Virus record (IMG/VR): IMGVR_UViG_2703718829_000006
Span: 1 to 14,341 of that record
Source: a virus
Lineage: Duplodnaviria; Heunggongvirae; Uroviricota; Caudoviricetes
Reading direction: 5' to 3' (one strand)
DNA length: 14,341 bases
Shown: one piece after another, positions 1 through 7,114 of the stretch
Layout of the letters: every line of letters starts with the position of its first letter
How positions within the stretch are numbered: position 1 is the first letter of the stretch
The notes under the pieces: model-generated
What the model saw: only the letters and a program-made list of their open reading frames with translations
The model's database searches: none
Told to the model about the DNA's origin: nothing
Translations under genes and position numbers: made by a program

Positions 1-1170
1 GTGGCCCTCAGTGATACCAAACTTCGTAGCATCAATGGTAAGCCCTACAGCGGCGCACCCGAAGTCACAGATGGTGACGGTTTGAGTGTGCGTATTACTC
101 CGACTGGAACGATTACATTTCAGCATCGATATCGCTGGAACGGTAAGCCTGTTCGCCTCTCTGTCGGCCGGTATCCTGCAATGTCCCTCAAAGAGGCCCG
201 CGTTATCGTCGGTGAGATGCGCGAATTGTACCTCAAGGGGCTAAACCCTAAAAATTATTTTGCCAAAGAAGATGGCGAGCTAACGCTCAAAGAGTGCCTG
301 GATCAGTGGTGGACTAAGTATGTTGAAACGCTGAAGCCTAATACCCAGACGCTGTATAAGTCGGTTGTGTACAACACCATGTACACAGAGTTCCCGGACG
401 CACCGGTCGTAAACATCCCCGTTTCGGCTTGGGTAAGGTTCTTCGACAAGCAGGAGAAGAAAAACGGGAAAAAGGCTCGGGTGCTGCTGCTCCAACTCCG
501 ATCCGTAATGAACTGGTGTATCAGCCGTCAGCTGATCCCTTCGTGCGAGGTGCTGAAACTCAGCGTTAAGACCATCGGCAAGAAACCAGACGTTGGTAGC
601 CGGGTACTCACTTATACCGAGCTGGCAAAAATCTGGTTAGCGCTGGAAAACAATAAGGTCGTTAGCTCCAATAAGGTTCTTCACCAGTTGCTGTTGCTCT
701 GGGGTGCGCGATTATCCGAACTGCGCCTGGCCACCGCAAGTGAGTTCAATATGGGCGATCTGATTTGGACGACGCCAGCCGAGCATTCCAAAATGGGAAA
801 TGTTATTCGTCGGCCTATATTCGACCAGGTTAAACCTTACATTGAAAGGCTTCTCAATGCTGGGAACGATATTCTTTTCCCGGGTCAGGAACTGGACAAG
901 GCTATAGATCGCTCCTCAGCCAATCTCTACATGAAAAAGTTAAGGGATAAAATTGATATACCGGAATGGCGAACCCACGACTTCAGGCGTTCTCTGGTAA
1001 CGAATTTGTCAGGGGAGGGGGTTATGCCCCATGTCACTGAAAAGATGCTGGGGCATGAACTTGGTGGTGTGATGGCGGTGTATAACAAACACGACTGGCT
1101 GGTGGAGCAGAAAGACGCTTATGAGCTTTATGCCGATAAAGTGTTCTGGCACGTCAAACAGCTCGGTTAA
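1..1170 (+). CDS. Tyrosine recombinase / phage integrase, P4-like family. It starts with GTG at the first base of the window, so the true 5' end and any upstream att/tRNA cannot be seen.
   Basis: 389-aa ORF. The N-terminus (MALSDTKLR...GDGLSVRITPTGTITFQHRYRWNGKPVRLSVGRYPAMSLKEAR) is typical of the arm-binding domain of P4-type integrases. The C-terminus has the catalytic-core pattern HDFRRS...GHELGG...AVYNKHDW with a terminal tyrosine. Confidence 0.9.
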   Translation: MALSDTKLRSINGKPYSGAPEVTDGDGLSVRITPTGTITFQHRYRWNGKPVRLSVGRYPAMSLKEARVIVGEMRELYLKGLNPKNYFAKEDGELTLKECLDQWWTKYVETLKPNTQTLYKSVVYNTMYTEFPDAPVVNIPVSAWVRFFDKQEKKNGKKARVLLLQLRSVMNWCISRQLIPSCEVLKLSVKTIGKKPDVGSRVLTYTELAKIWLALENNKVVSSNKVLHQLLLLWGARLSELRLATASEFNMGDLIWTTPAEHSKMGNVIRRPIFDQVKPYIERLLNAGNDILFPGQELDKAIDRSSANLYMKKLRDKIDIPEWRTHDFRRSLVTNLSGEGVMPHVTEKMLGHELGGVMAVYNKHDWLVEQKDAYELYADKVFWHVKQLG

Positions 1171-1339
1171 CGCCTCCTTCGGCTATCCATTTCATAACGG
1201 CTTTTCTGCTATACCGCGTCGGGTACGTTAAAACTGGCTGAGGGAATCCGTGGTCTTTGCGTAAGCGCCATACTGCTGTTTTTTTCTTTTTGAGCAGGTC
1301 GAAAACTTCCTGTTCTTCCATAAAATCAGTAGTAGTCAT
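1154..1339 (-). CDS. Excisionase / AlpA-family small DNA-binding protein (Xis-like).
   Basis: 61 aa counted from the internal ATG at 1339, which has a GAGGA Shine-Dalgarno about 6 nt upstream on the minus strand. The pattern DF..E.....K.TAVWRLRKDHGFPQPV....RYSRKAVMKWI fits AlpA/Xis-type winged helix regulators. The 3' end overlaps the integrase 3' end by 17 bp in convergent orientation. Confidence 0.7.
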   Translation of the reverse strand: MTTTDFMEEQEVFDLLKKKKTAVWRLRKDHGFPQPVLTYPTRYSRKAVMKWIAEGGVNRAV

Positions 1340-1392
1340 GATTTTCCTCGTTGTTAAAGTCTTTATTGTCCGCAACTCTATTCTATGGTGAT

Positions 1393-1632
1393 TCACGCCG
1401 CCCGCATCGAGCGCAGCTTCTTAATGTGCTCGCTCTGTTCCAGTTCAGCCCGGATCTGCCGGGCCTCATCATGGTCGAGCGGTTCAAAGTCGTTGTTAAA
1501 CCTGTACATGCTGGCCGTATTTATCCGTCCTTGGCGCCAGTAGCACACCGTTCTGGCGTCACAGCTGTGAATAATGACTGGCCATCCGTGACCGTCTGGG
1601 AAAATCTGGCCTCGCTGAATGAGTTGAAACAC
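1393..1632 (-). CDS. Hypothetical small early-left protein (79 aa).
   Basis: ORF sits in the minus-strand operon between the TraR-like gene and xis. No family recognised. Confidence 0.45.
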   Translation of the reverse strand: MFQLIQRGQIFPDGHGWPVIIHSCDARTVCYWRQGRINTASMYRFNNDFEPLDHDEARQIRAELEQSEHIKKLRSMRAA

Positions 1633-1635
1633 GGC

Positions 1636-1854
1636 TCACCTCTGATGCTTCCCGCGCTTTTCCGCTTCGTCCTGGCAGTCAGCGCAGCGCTGACAACCTG
1701 CCACCAGTTCCCGGCGCCGTGCCGGAATTGCCTCTCCACAATCAATGCAGTGCGTAGCCGATACCGCGTTATGGTTGATGCGATGGGCCTGTATCGCCTT
1801 ATCGCGGAGAAGCTCTTCTAATTCGCTGGCCTGATCGATAATTTCTGCGCTCAT
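1636..1854 (-). CDS. TraR/DksA-family C4 zinc-finger protein.
   Basis: 72 aa with a Cys-X2-Cys ... Cys-X2-Cys arrangement (CIDCGEAIPARRR...GCQRCADCQ), typical of phage TraR/DksA-like proteins. The stop overlaps the start of the upstream methyltransferase gene. Confidence 0.8.
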   Translation of the reverse strand: MSAEIIDQASELEELLRDKAIQAHRINHNAVSATHCIDCGEAIPARRRELVAGCQRCADCQDEAEKRGKHQR

Positions 1855-2378
1855 GCTGCCTCCATGGTTCCGATCCGCTTTAACTCACTCAGCGAAACGG
1901 ACGTGATGATGCGTCTTGGCGTGATGAATGGCCGCCAGATGAACAAAATTGAGTCCTTTGGGTTGCTCTGCCGTTTACCTGTAGCCGACGCCGGCACAAA
2001 CTGAATGCGTCCGCCGGTTATCAGGCGAATCTCATCAGCGCTCTGCATCGCGGAGAGAAACCATCCGGTAGAGATATCTGCGGGAAGCAGAATGACTACC
2101 GTCTGGGACTGCGCTTTACATTGCTCGGTGGCTTTCTCCACCCACGGCCCGATATCGGAATAGGGTGGGTTGCACCAGATCGCGCCGTACGACGACCATT
2201 CACGACTCAGCGAGTTATCCAGCTCAGTGAGATAGTGAGCGCATAGCGCATTACGTTCAGAGGCAGCAGCATCCAGCCAGAAGCCAAACTCAAGATCGAG
2301 CGCGTTAAATATTTCAATCGGCGTTTGCCAGTAGTCTCTTTCATTTTTCGGTGTGTTCGATCCGCCGTAGTCAGTCAC
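1851..2378 (-). CDS. Phage DNA N6-adenine methyltransferase (Dam-like orphan MTase).
   Basis: 175 aa with WQTP...FGF.LDAAAS and the catalytic NPPY motif (WCNPPYSDIGPWV), the hallmark of phage Dam-family N6-adenine methyltransferases. 4-bp ATGA overlaps with both neighbours indicate operon coupling. Confidence 0.85.
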   Translation of the reverse strand: MTDYGGSNTPKNERDYWQTPIEIFNALDLEFGFWLDAAASERNALCAHYLTELDNSLSREWSSYGAIWCNPPYSDIGPWVEKATEQCKAQSQTVVILLPADISTGWFLSAMQSADEIRLITGGRIQFVPASATGKRQSNPKDSILFIWRPFITPRRIITSVSLSELKRIGTMEAA

Positions 2379-2809
2379 AATGCCGTCTCCATTTCGTCGA
2401 TATAAAGGCCAGCAGCAATCAGCCGGCGGCGCCGGGCTGCTTTCTCAATACATTCCCGGCGATTACCCTCTGCCGCCAGAGCCATAGAACGCCGAGTGAA
2501 CAGGCGTGTTTTACCCTGAGGGGTAATAACCTTTGGCTTTGTGATCAGGTCAAAGGTGCGGTCACAGATGCCGTCCTCGTTGAGCCAGGTTTCCGATGTA
2601 ACCAGCTGTGCAATGCGCCCTTCGCCTCTGGTCAGGCCGTTCGCGACACGGTTAAATTCGATGAGCGTTACGCCGAATTTCTCTGCGATTTCGCTGCCAG
2701 TTACCGGGCGACCGCGCGTCTGAATCATCCAGATAACGCGCTCGCGGAGTCCGGAGAATTTCCCGGCCTTACCTGGTCTGCGGTAAAATGGTGTGCGTTT
2801 CATTTCCAC
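2375..2809 (-). CDS. Hypothetical protein, possibly DNA-binding.
   Basis: 144 aa, basic, with a helix-turn-helix-like stretch (VTGSEIAEKFGVTLIEFNRVANGL). Translationally coupled to the downstream Dam gene. No family recognised. Confidence 0.55.
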   Translation of the reverse strand: MEMKRTPFYRRPGKAGKFSGLRERVIWMIQTRGRPVTGSEIAEKFGVTLIEFNRVANGLTRGEGRIAQLVTSETWLNEDGICDRTFDLITKPKVITPQGKTRLFTRRSMALAAEGNRRECIEKAARRRRLIAAGLYIDEMETAL

Positions 2810-2829
2810 TGCTCCCAGAGTATTTCGGC

Positions 2830-3312
2830 CTATTTGATCATCAGAGACGGCTTGCCGAGCTTTATTTGCGCCCCGGGCACGTCAATACCAGCTTCGATTT
2901 GATGCTTGATAGCCAGTTTGTCTGGTTTGATATTCGTCTCGTACTCGATGAATTCAGGCGGTAATGCGCTGGCGTCAGTAATCTCGACAGATTTAGAAGG
3001 TGCGCGAACCGTTACCTGATGAACTCCGGCTTTAAGTGATTTTTTACCGATGGTTTCCAATGATTTAGCGACATACTCCTTCATGCTTGCCACGCGGTTT
3101 TCGGCGGCTTTTGCACGCTCAATAAGGCGCTTACTTTCTTCTTTCAGAGCCTCGGCATAAGCAGATTCGTTTTTGCAGACCGCAAGAATCTGCTCAACCT
3201 TTGCTTCCAGCTCCCACTCAATTCCATCAAGAGTGTCGGCTATCATTTCAGGCTCCATGCCGGAGTCAGTCAGCCTGGCGAAATCGTTGGCGATCTGATA
3301 AAGGGCTGTCAT
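2830..3312 (-). CDS. Siphovirus Gp157-family protein, commonly found next to RecT/Erf recombinases.
   Basis: 160 aa, acidic and coiled-coil-rich, with an N-terminus ([11 protein letters not shown]...) resembling Gp157-family proteins. Sits immediately downstream of recT with a 4-bp overlap. Confidence 0.65.
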   Translation of the reverse strand: MTALYQIANDFARLTDSGMEPEMIADTLDGIEWELEAKVEQILAVCKNESAYAEALKEESKRLIERAKAAENRVASMKEYVAKSLETIGKKSLKAGVHQVTVRAPSKSVEITDASALPPEFIEYETNIKPDKLAIKHQIEAGIDVPGAQIKLGKPSLMIK

Positions 3313-4223
3313 TGGGTAACCTCTTCAAATTTGGCTTTACACTTGGCGTAAACGGCCTGAACCTCTTGCTGTAGGCGCATTCCTGCGGTCATTTTGTAGG
3401 CCGTCTGGAAATGGGTTTTGAGGTCATTCATGTTTTCTGCCTGCTTCATGTCTTCGCAAAGCGAGCGGACGGTGTTAATCAGCTCTTGCTCAGCGTTTTC
3501 TTTCGACTGGATAACTTCACTTTCAGGCGTGTAAGACATAACCGGTTCGGTAAAAATGCCTTCGCTCTCGTTAAGCATGTCCACGGCATTATCGAGACGG
3601 TCAGCGCGCGGCCAGTATTTATAGGCGCGCTTCACGATCGTCTTTCGGGCCATCTCAGACCAGAAGTTGACCCAGGGGCCTTTCGGGGATGTACCGGCTT
3701 TACTCACCTTCCTGATTTCTTCAATTTCGGCGATGCTCATCTCTTCAGTCAGGTAGTCGCCGTCTGATGTTTTAACTGTGCAGTAGCCTCCGATAACGGC
3801 GCCACGCTCTTCAGGTGTGGCGAATGGGTTGTATTTGTGGGCCGGTGCTTTATCGAGGCCAATAGTTTCGTAAGCGTCGTTCGCATGAACCAGCTTGCAT
3901 TGGCCCCACTTAATGACGCCGGCTGATTGGGCTATATGCAAAAGCCCCATATAGCTGATATCAAGGCATACCATGCCGTCACGCGGTACTAAGTAGGCCA
4001 GCTTGCTGGCAGGGTTTAAGCTGATCCCAACCGCTGCCACGTTAATGATTGCGTTCTGAGCGCTGACAGGATTGCTAACTGCCGTTTTGGCTAACGTGTC
4101 ATTGCGCTGAAATAGCTGAATCGCAAACTGGCACTCTTTTGCCCATGTCAGGCTCTGGTCAGTAAGAGCGCTGGTAAACAGCGGCTCTTGCTGTTTAACG
4201 AACTGAATAAGATCGAAGCTCAT
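3309..4223 (-). CDS. recT: RecT-family single-strand annealing recombinase.
   Basis: 304 aa. The block [24 protein letters not shown]...AVDMLNESE closely parallels the conserved RecT block of Rac RecT (GPWVTHWEEMAKKTAIRRLFKYLP...AVSMDEKE). Confidence 0.9.
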   Translation of the reverse strand: MSFDLIQFVKQQEPLFTSALTDQSLTWAKECQFAIQLFQRNDTLAKTAVSNPVSAQNAIINVAAVGISLNPASKLAYLVPRDGMVCLDISYMGLLHIAQSAGVIKWGQCKLVHANDAYETIGLDKAPAHKYNPFATPEERGAVIGGYCTVKTSDGDYLTEEMSIAEIEEIRKVSKAGTSPKGPWVNFWSEMARKTIVKRAYKYWPRADRLDNAVDMLNESEGIFTEPVMSYTPESEVIQSKENAEQELINTVRSLCEDMKQAENMNDLKTHFQTAYKMTAGMRLQQEVQAVYAKCKAKFEEVTQ

Positions 4224-4516
4224 AGCCCCTCCTCAATGTTGACTTGATGCCGGGCAATGACTTCCACCATGTAGCGCACGTTTTCCGCCATGCGCTCCTG
4301 AAACTCAACATCGTCATCAAACGCACGGGTAATGGCTTTTTTGCTGGCCCCGTGGCGTTGCAAATGATCGATGCATAGCGATTCAAACAGGTGCTGGGGC
4401 AGGCTTTTTTCCATGTCGTCTGCCAGTTCTGCCTCTTTCTCTTCACGGGCGAGCTGCTGGTAGTGACGCGCCCAGCTCTGAGCCTCAAGACGATCCTGAA
4501 TGTAATAAGCGTTCAT
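4220..4516 (-). CDS. gam: Gam, host RecBCD nuclease inhibitor (short GamS-length form).
   Basis: The 98-aa product ([37 protein letters not shown]...) is nearly identical, as recalled, to the C-terminal short form of lambda Gam. 4-bp overlap with recT. Confidence 0.9.
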   Translation of the reverse strand: MNAYYIQDRLEAQSWARHYQQLAREEKEAELADDMEKSLPQHLFESLCIDHLQRHGASKKAITRAFDDDVEFQERMAENVRYMVEVIARHQVNIEEGL

Positions 4517-4592
4517 GGCTGAACTCCTGAAAATGGCTGTGAAAATATCGCCCGCGAAATGCCAGGCTGATTAGGAAAACAGGAAAGGGGGG

Positions 4593-4799
4593 TTAGTGAT
4601 TCAGGCCGTTACCGCGTCCGTCGAGAAAAACTTCCACGAGCAAATCACGGGTATAAGTGCGCTCGATGCCGCGATGCAGATAAAGCCGTCCGCGTAAATT
4701 AGCTGATGCAGTCCAGGTACCATCTTTGTGTTTGACCAGCATTCCTGGCATGACCGCGCCGCGATTAACGGTCTGTGTTCCGTAATGTTGATGAACCAT
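4593..4799 (-). CDS. Hypothetical small protein in the kil/cIII position upstream of gam. The start is uncertain: the ORF is open up to a TTG at 5003.
   Basis: The ATG at 4799 is preceded on the minus strand by AGGAG with a 5-nt spacer, giving a 68-aa product (MVHQHYGTQTVNRGAV...). The longer 136-aa frame starts at TTG with no Shine-Dalgarno and has an arginine-rich N-terminus. No family recognised. Confidence 0.4.
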   Translation of the reverse strand: MVHQHYGTQTVNRGAVMPGMLVKHKDGTWTASANLRGRLYLHRGIERTYTRDLLVEVFLDGRGNGLNH

Positions 4800-5052
4800 A
4801 AAAACTCCTGCCCGTAAGCTGGGCTGCTGAACATATAGAGACTTCTGCGCGTATTCAGGCGGTGGATGGCCGCCGGTTGTCATAACTAAGCCGCCTCGTT
4901 GAAGCGACTGAGGTATGAAATGTTGAGTTAATTTCAGCTGGTCACACCGACGTTCACGCGTCCGTTTCACCCCTCGCACTCCCCGAAGCCTGCCGAAATT
5001 CAAACTGCGGATCTAAGCGGTCATCGCAACGGTGAATCAGGTAGTTGCCGTA

Positions 5053-5135
5053 TCGTTGTGTTGTTGCGACGAACTTATTTAAAACTATAGTTGTTTTATC
5101 GTCAACAACAAAAGTTGTTTTATTGGTTGTTTTAG
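5053..5135. promoter_or_regulatory. Putative OL operator / pL region: a cluster of GTTGTT-containing repeats.
   Basis: Direct copies of RGTTGTTTTA at 5089-5098, 5113-5122 and 5125-5134, another GTTGTT at 5060-5065, and an inverted AACAAC at 5104-5109. The same motif recurs in the cI-cro intergenic region. Confidence 0.45.
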
Positions 5136-5245
5136 ATATAACTGATTGTATTTAGGATGGATTTATTTTGTGACTTGAATCGCATAGCGATAACTGAAGC
5201 GAGGTTATGGTGGTTTTTTTAACGGTGTGTGTGATGAGGGGAGGG

Positions 5246-5273
5246 CAAAAGAAAACCCGGCACGGTGACCGGG
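5246..5273 (-). terminator. Putative intrinsic terminator downstream of cI.
   Basis: Plus-strand sequence CCCGG-cacggtga-CCGGG is preceded by caaaagaaaa. On the minus strand this reads as a hairpin followed by a T-rich tract, about 120 nt past the cI stop. Confidence 0.45.
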
Positions 5274-5394
5274 ATTCTTACGCCGTTAGGTAAAGATATT
5301 ATTGCGGTGGCTTAATATTACTACCTAGAGCAAAGATAGGAATTAGTTCTTTACTGAATGAGCACAATGCCCAGTTGATAATTTTTAATTGGTA

Positions 5395-6084
5395 CTACCC
5401 ATGCTTCCTATATGTCTGCGGCATGCTCCCAATAACCTTACCGAAGATGAACACCCGGTTCATCTCGTCTTTCTCGATCGGGTCCCACGGTGAGTAGCTT
5501 TTGTTATCAGAGATGACCAGCAGCTTATCCTTCATCATTTGCAGGCGCTTTACATGGGCTGTGTCGTCGTACAGAAACGCATAGATACCATCACCGTCGA
5601 AAGATTTAACTGTGATATCAACGAACAGCAGATCACCTGGTTCGATCGTTCCTGACATGCTGTCACCACGCACGTTAATGATGCGGATATTTTCCGCCTT
5701 CCTACCATCGAACATGTGACGAGCATCGTCAAACGAGTACTCAACCGAGCGTAGAACTTCTACAAACTCACGGTTGATGACTCCCGGCCCAGCACTGACT
5801 TCTATATCAAGAACGTCAATCTTGAAGTATTTGGAATGGCTGACAGTTGATTGTATTGGTTGCACTGTACTGTCTGACATATTTCCAACGCCAGAAGATA
5901 ACCATTCTGCGCGCACACCCAAAGCGTTCGCGATCTCCACGATTTTAGTTGTTTGATTAGCTTTCCCTGTTTCGATTTTCTGAATAGCAGCCTGGCTAAC
6001 CCCGACCAAATCCCCAAGCGCCTTTTGTGTAAGGCCTCGCGCTAATCTGGCTTCTTTAAGTCTTTCTGAGAGTGTTGTTTTCAT
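5395..6084 (-). CDS. cI: CI-like prophage repressor (N-terminal HTH plus C-terminal S24 LexA-like autopeptidase domain).
   Basis: HTH region LSERLKEARLARGLTQKALGDLVGVSQAAIQKIETGK. The C-terminal domain has GDSM (catalytic Ser) and a VKRL lysine typical of S24 self-cleaving repressors. Start placed at the ATG at 6084; the ORF is open up to 6150, but that upstream ATG lies inside the operator palindrome. Confidence 0.88.
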   Translation of the reverse strand: MKTTLSERLKEARLARGLTQKALGDLVGVSQAAIQKIETGKANQTTKIVEIANALGVRAEWLSSGVGNMSDSTVQPIQSTVSHSKYFKIDVLDIEVSAGPGVINREFVEVLRSVEYSFDDARHMFDGRKAENIRIINVRGDSMSGTIEPGDLLFVDITVKSFDGDGIYAFLYDDTAHVKRLQMMKDKLLVISDNKSYSPWDPIEKDEMNRVFIFGKVIGSMPQTYRKHG

Positions 6085-6161
6085 AGTCCAAATGTACAAC
6101 CAAGGTTTTATTCTATCAAACGAAAATGGTTGTTGACTAAAAACAACCATAGTTTTAATCT
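6072..6161. promoter_or_regulatory. Putative OR operators and pR promoter between cI and cro.
   Basis: 25-bp dyad ATGGTTGTT-gactaaa-AACAACCAT at 6126-6150. A further GTTGTTTT at 6074-6081 abuts the cI start codon. A -35-like TTGACT at 6133-6138 and a -10-like TAATCT at 6156-6161 lie upstream of the cro Shine-Dalgarno GGAGG. Confidence 0.5.
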
Positions 6162-6188
6162 TGATTCAAATTAACCACGGAGGTTGTT

Positions 6189-6419
6189 ATGAACCCAGCT
6201 ATCAAAACAGCGATCAATATCGTTGGTTCACAAAAGAAACTGGGCGCTGCTTGCGAAGTTTCACAGCAGGCCGTCTATAAGTGGCTTCACAACAAAGCAA
6301 AGGTATCCCCTGAACATGTCGGCAGCATTGTTACGGCTACTGGTGGAGTAGTGAAGGCATACCAGATTCGCCCGGATCTTCCGAAGTTGTTTCCACACAC
6401 CGAAAAGAACGCAGCTTAA
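6189..6419 (+). CDS. cro: Cro-like HTH regulator (YdaS/Cro family).
   Basis: 76 aa, divergent from cI, with a strong GGAGG Shine-Dalgarno. HTH segment QKKLGAACEVSQQAVYKWL. Position and pattern match YdaS-type Cro analogues. Confidence 0.8.
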   Translation: MNPAIKTAINIVGSQKKLGAACEVSQQAVYKWLHNKAKVSPEHVGSIVTATGGVVKAYQIRPDLPKLFPHTEKNAA

Positions 6420-6488
6420 ATTTCCATTTCACGCTCTTTAACAATAAGCAATCAACTTAACAGTCAATTCAAACTAAAGGAGTCAATT

Positions 6489-7028
6489 ATGCAACCACTT
6501 CCATACCAACAGACTAGCGGATTTAGCCCGACTGCGGTGATAAATCGTTCTCAAACAAAACAGGTGCTAGGCCACGAAAAAATCCGTGATGCCGTCCGCG
6601 CCTGGTCGGCTGTAGATAATCAGGATGTCGTTGCCACACTCATTGTGAATGAGTATCGGGAGCAGGGCGGCGGCACCATCGATTTCCCTGATGATGTCAG
6701 CCGTGCACGCCAGAAGCTGTTCCGCTTCCTCGATAACAAATTCGATTCTGAAAAATACCGAAATAACGTGCGTGAACTGACCCCGGCAATTCTGGCGGTA
6801 CTACCGCTGGAATATCGCGGTTACCTGGTTGAGCAGGATAGCTTCATGGCTAGGTTGGCTGAAATGGAAAAGGAACTCAGTGAGGCAAAACAGGCTGTCA
6901 TTCTCAACGCACCACGCCACCAGAAACTGAAGGAAATTAGTGAAGGTATTGTGTCGATGTTTCGTGTGGACCCAGATCTGGCTGGTCCATTGATGGCGAT
7001 GGTTACTACCATGCTGGGGGCGATATGA
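6489..7028 (+). CDS. YdaT-like protein in the cII position (putative CII functional analogue).
   Basis: 179 aa with an AAGGAG Shine-Dalgarno, immediately after the Cro/YdaS-like gene and before O. Motifs EYREQGGG and LTPAILAVLP resemble YdaT-family proteins, as recalled. Confidence 0.55.
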   Translation: MQPLPYQQTSGFSPTAVINRSQTKQVLGHEKIRDAVRAWSAVDNQDVVATLIVNEYREQGGGTIDFPDDVSRARQKLFRFLDNKFDSEKYRNNVRELTPAILAVLPLEYRGYLVEQDSFMARLAEMEKELSEAKQAVILNAPRHQKLKEISEGIVSMFRVDPDLAGPLMAMVTTMLGAI

Positions 7029-7114
7029 CAGGTTCAGAAATGGCGAAAGCCGGTCTGCTGGAACAGAACCGACTTTCAGGTGCAAATCGTAACACACTCA
7101 TTGCGGGAGGAATT

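Noticed and set aside
1351-1821. 156-aa plus-strand ORF
   Set aside because: Lies entirely antisense to the well-supported TraR-like and 79-aa minus-strand genes. Low-complexity Ser/Leu/Arg/Ala-rich translation with no ribosome-binding site. Most likely a shadow ORF.
2351-2902. 183-aa plus-strand ORF, with the nested 2541..2723 ORF
   Set aside because: Antisense to the coupled 144-aa and Dam genes. Cys/Ser-rich composition that does not look like a protein.
3411-3767. 118-aa plus-strand ORF inside recT
   Set aside because: Antisense to RecT, whose homology is strong. Shadow ORF.
4195-4488. 97-aa minus-strand ORF overlapping gam in another frame
   Set aside because: The Gam frame (4220..4516) matches lambda Gam almost residue for residue. 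The alternative frame is arginine- and serine-rich noise.
4601-4834. 77-aa minus-strand ORF overlapping the kil-position gene
   Set aside because: Alternative frame of the same region, Cys/Trp-rich, with no Shine-Dalgarno. The frame carrying the AGGAG-preceded ATG at 4799 is preferred.
5200-5225. Plus-strand T-run (GGTGGTTTTTTT) as a terminator
   Set aside because: The preceding sequence forms only a weak 5-bp ATAAC/GTTAT stem, and no plus-strand gene lies upstream that it would terminate.
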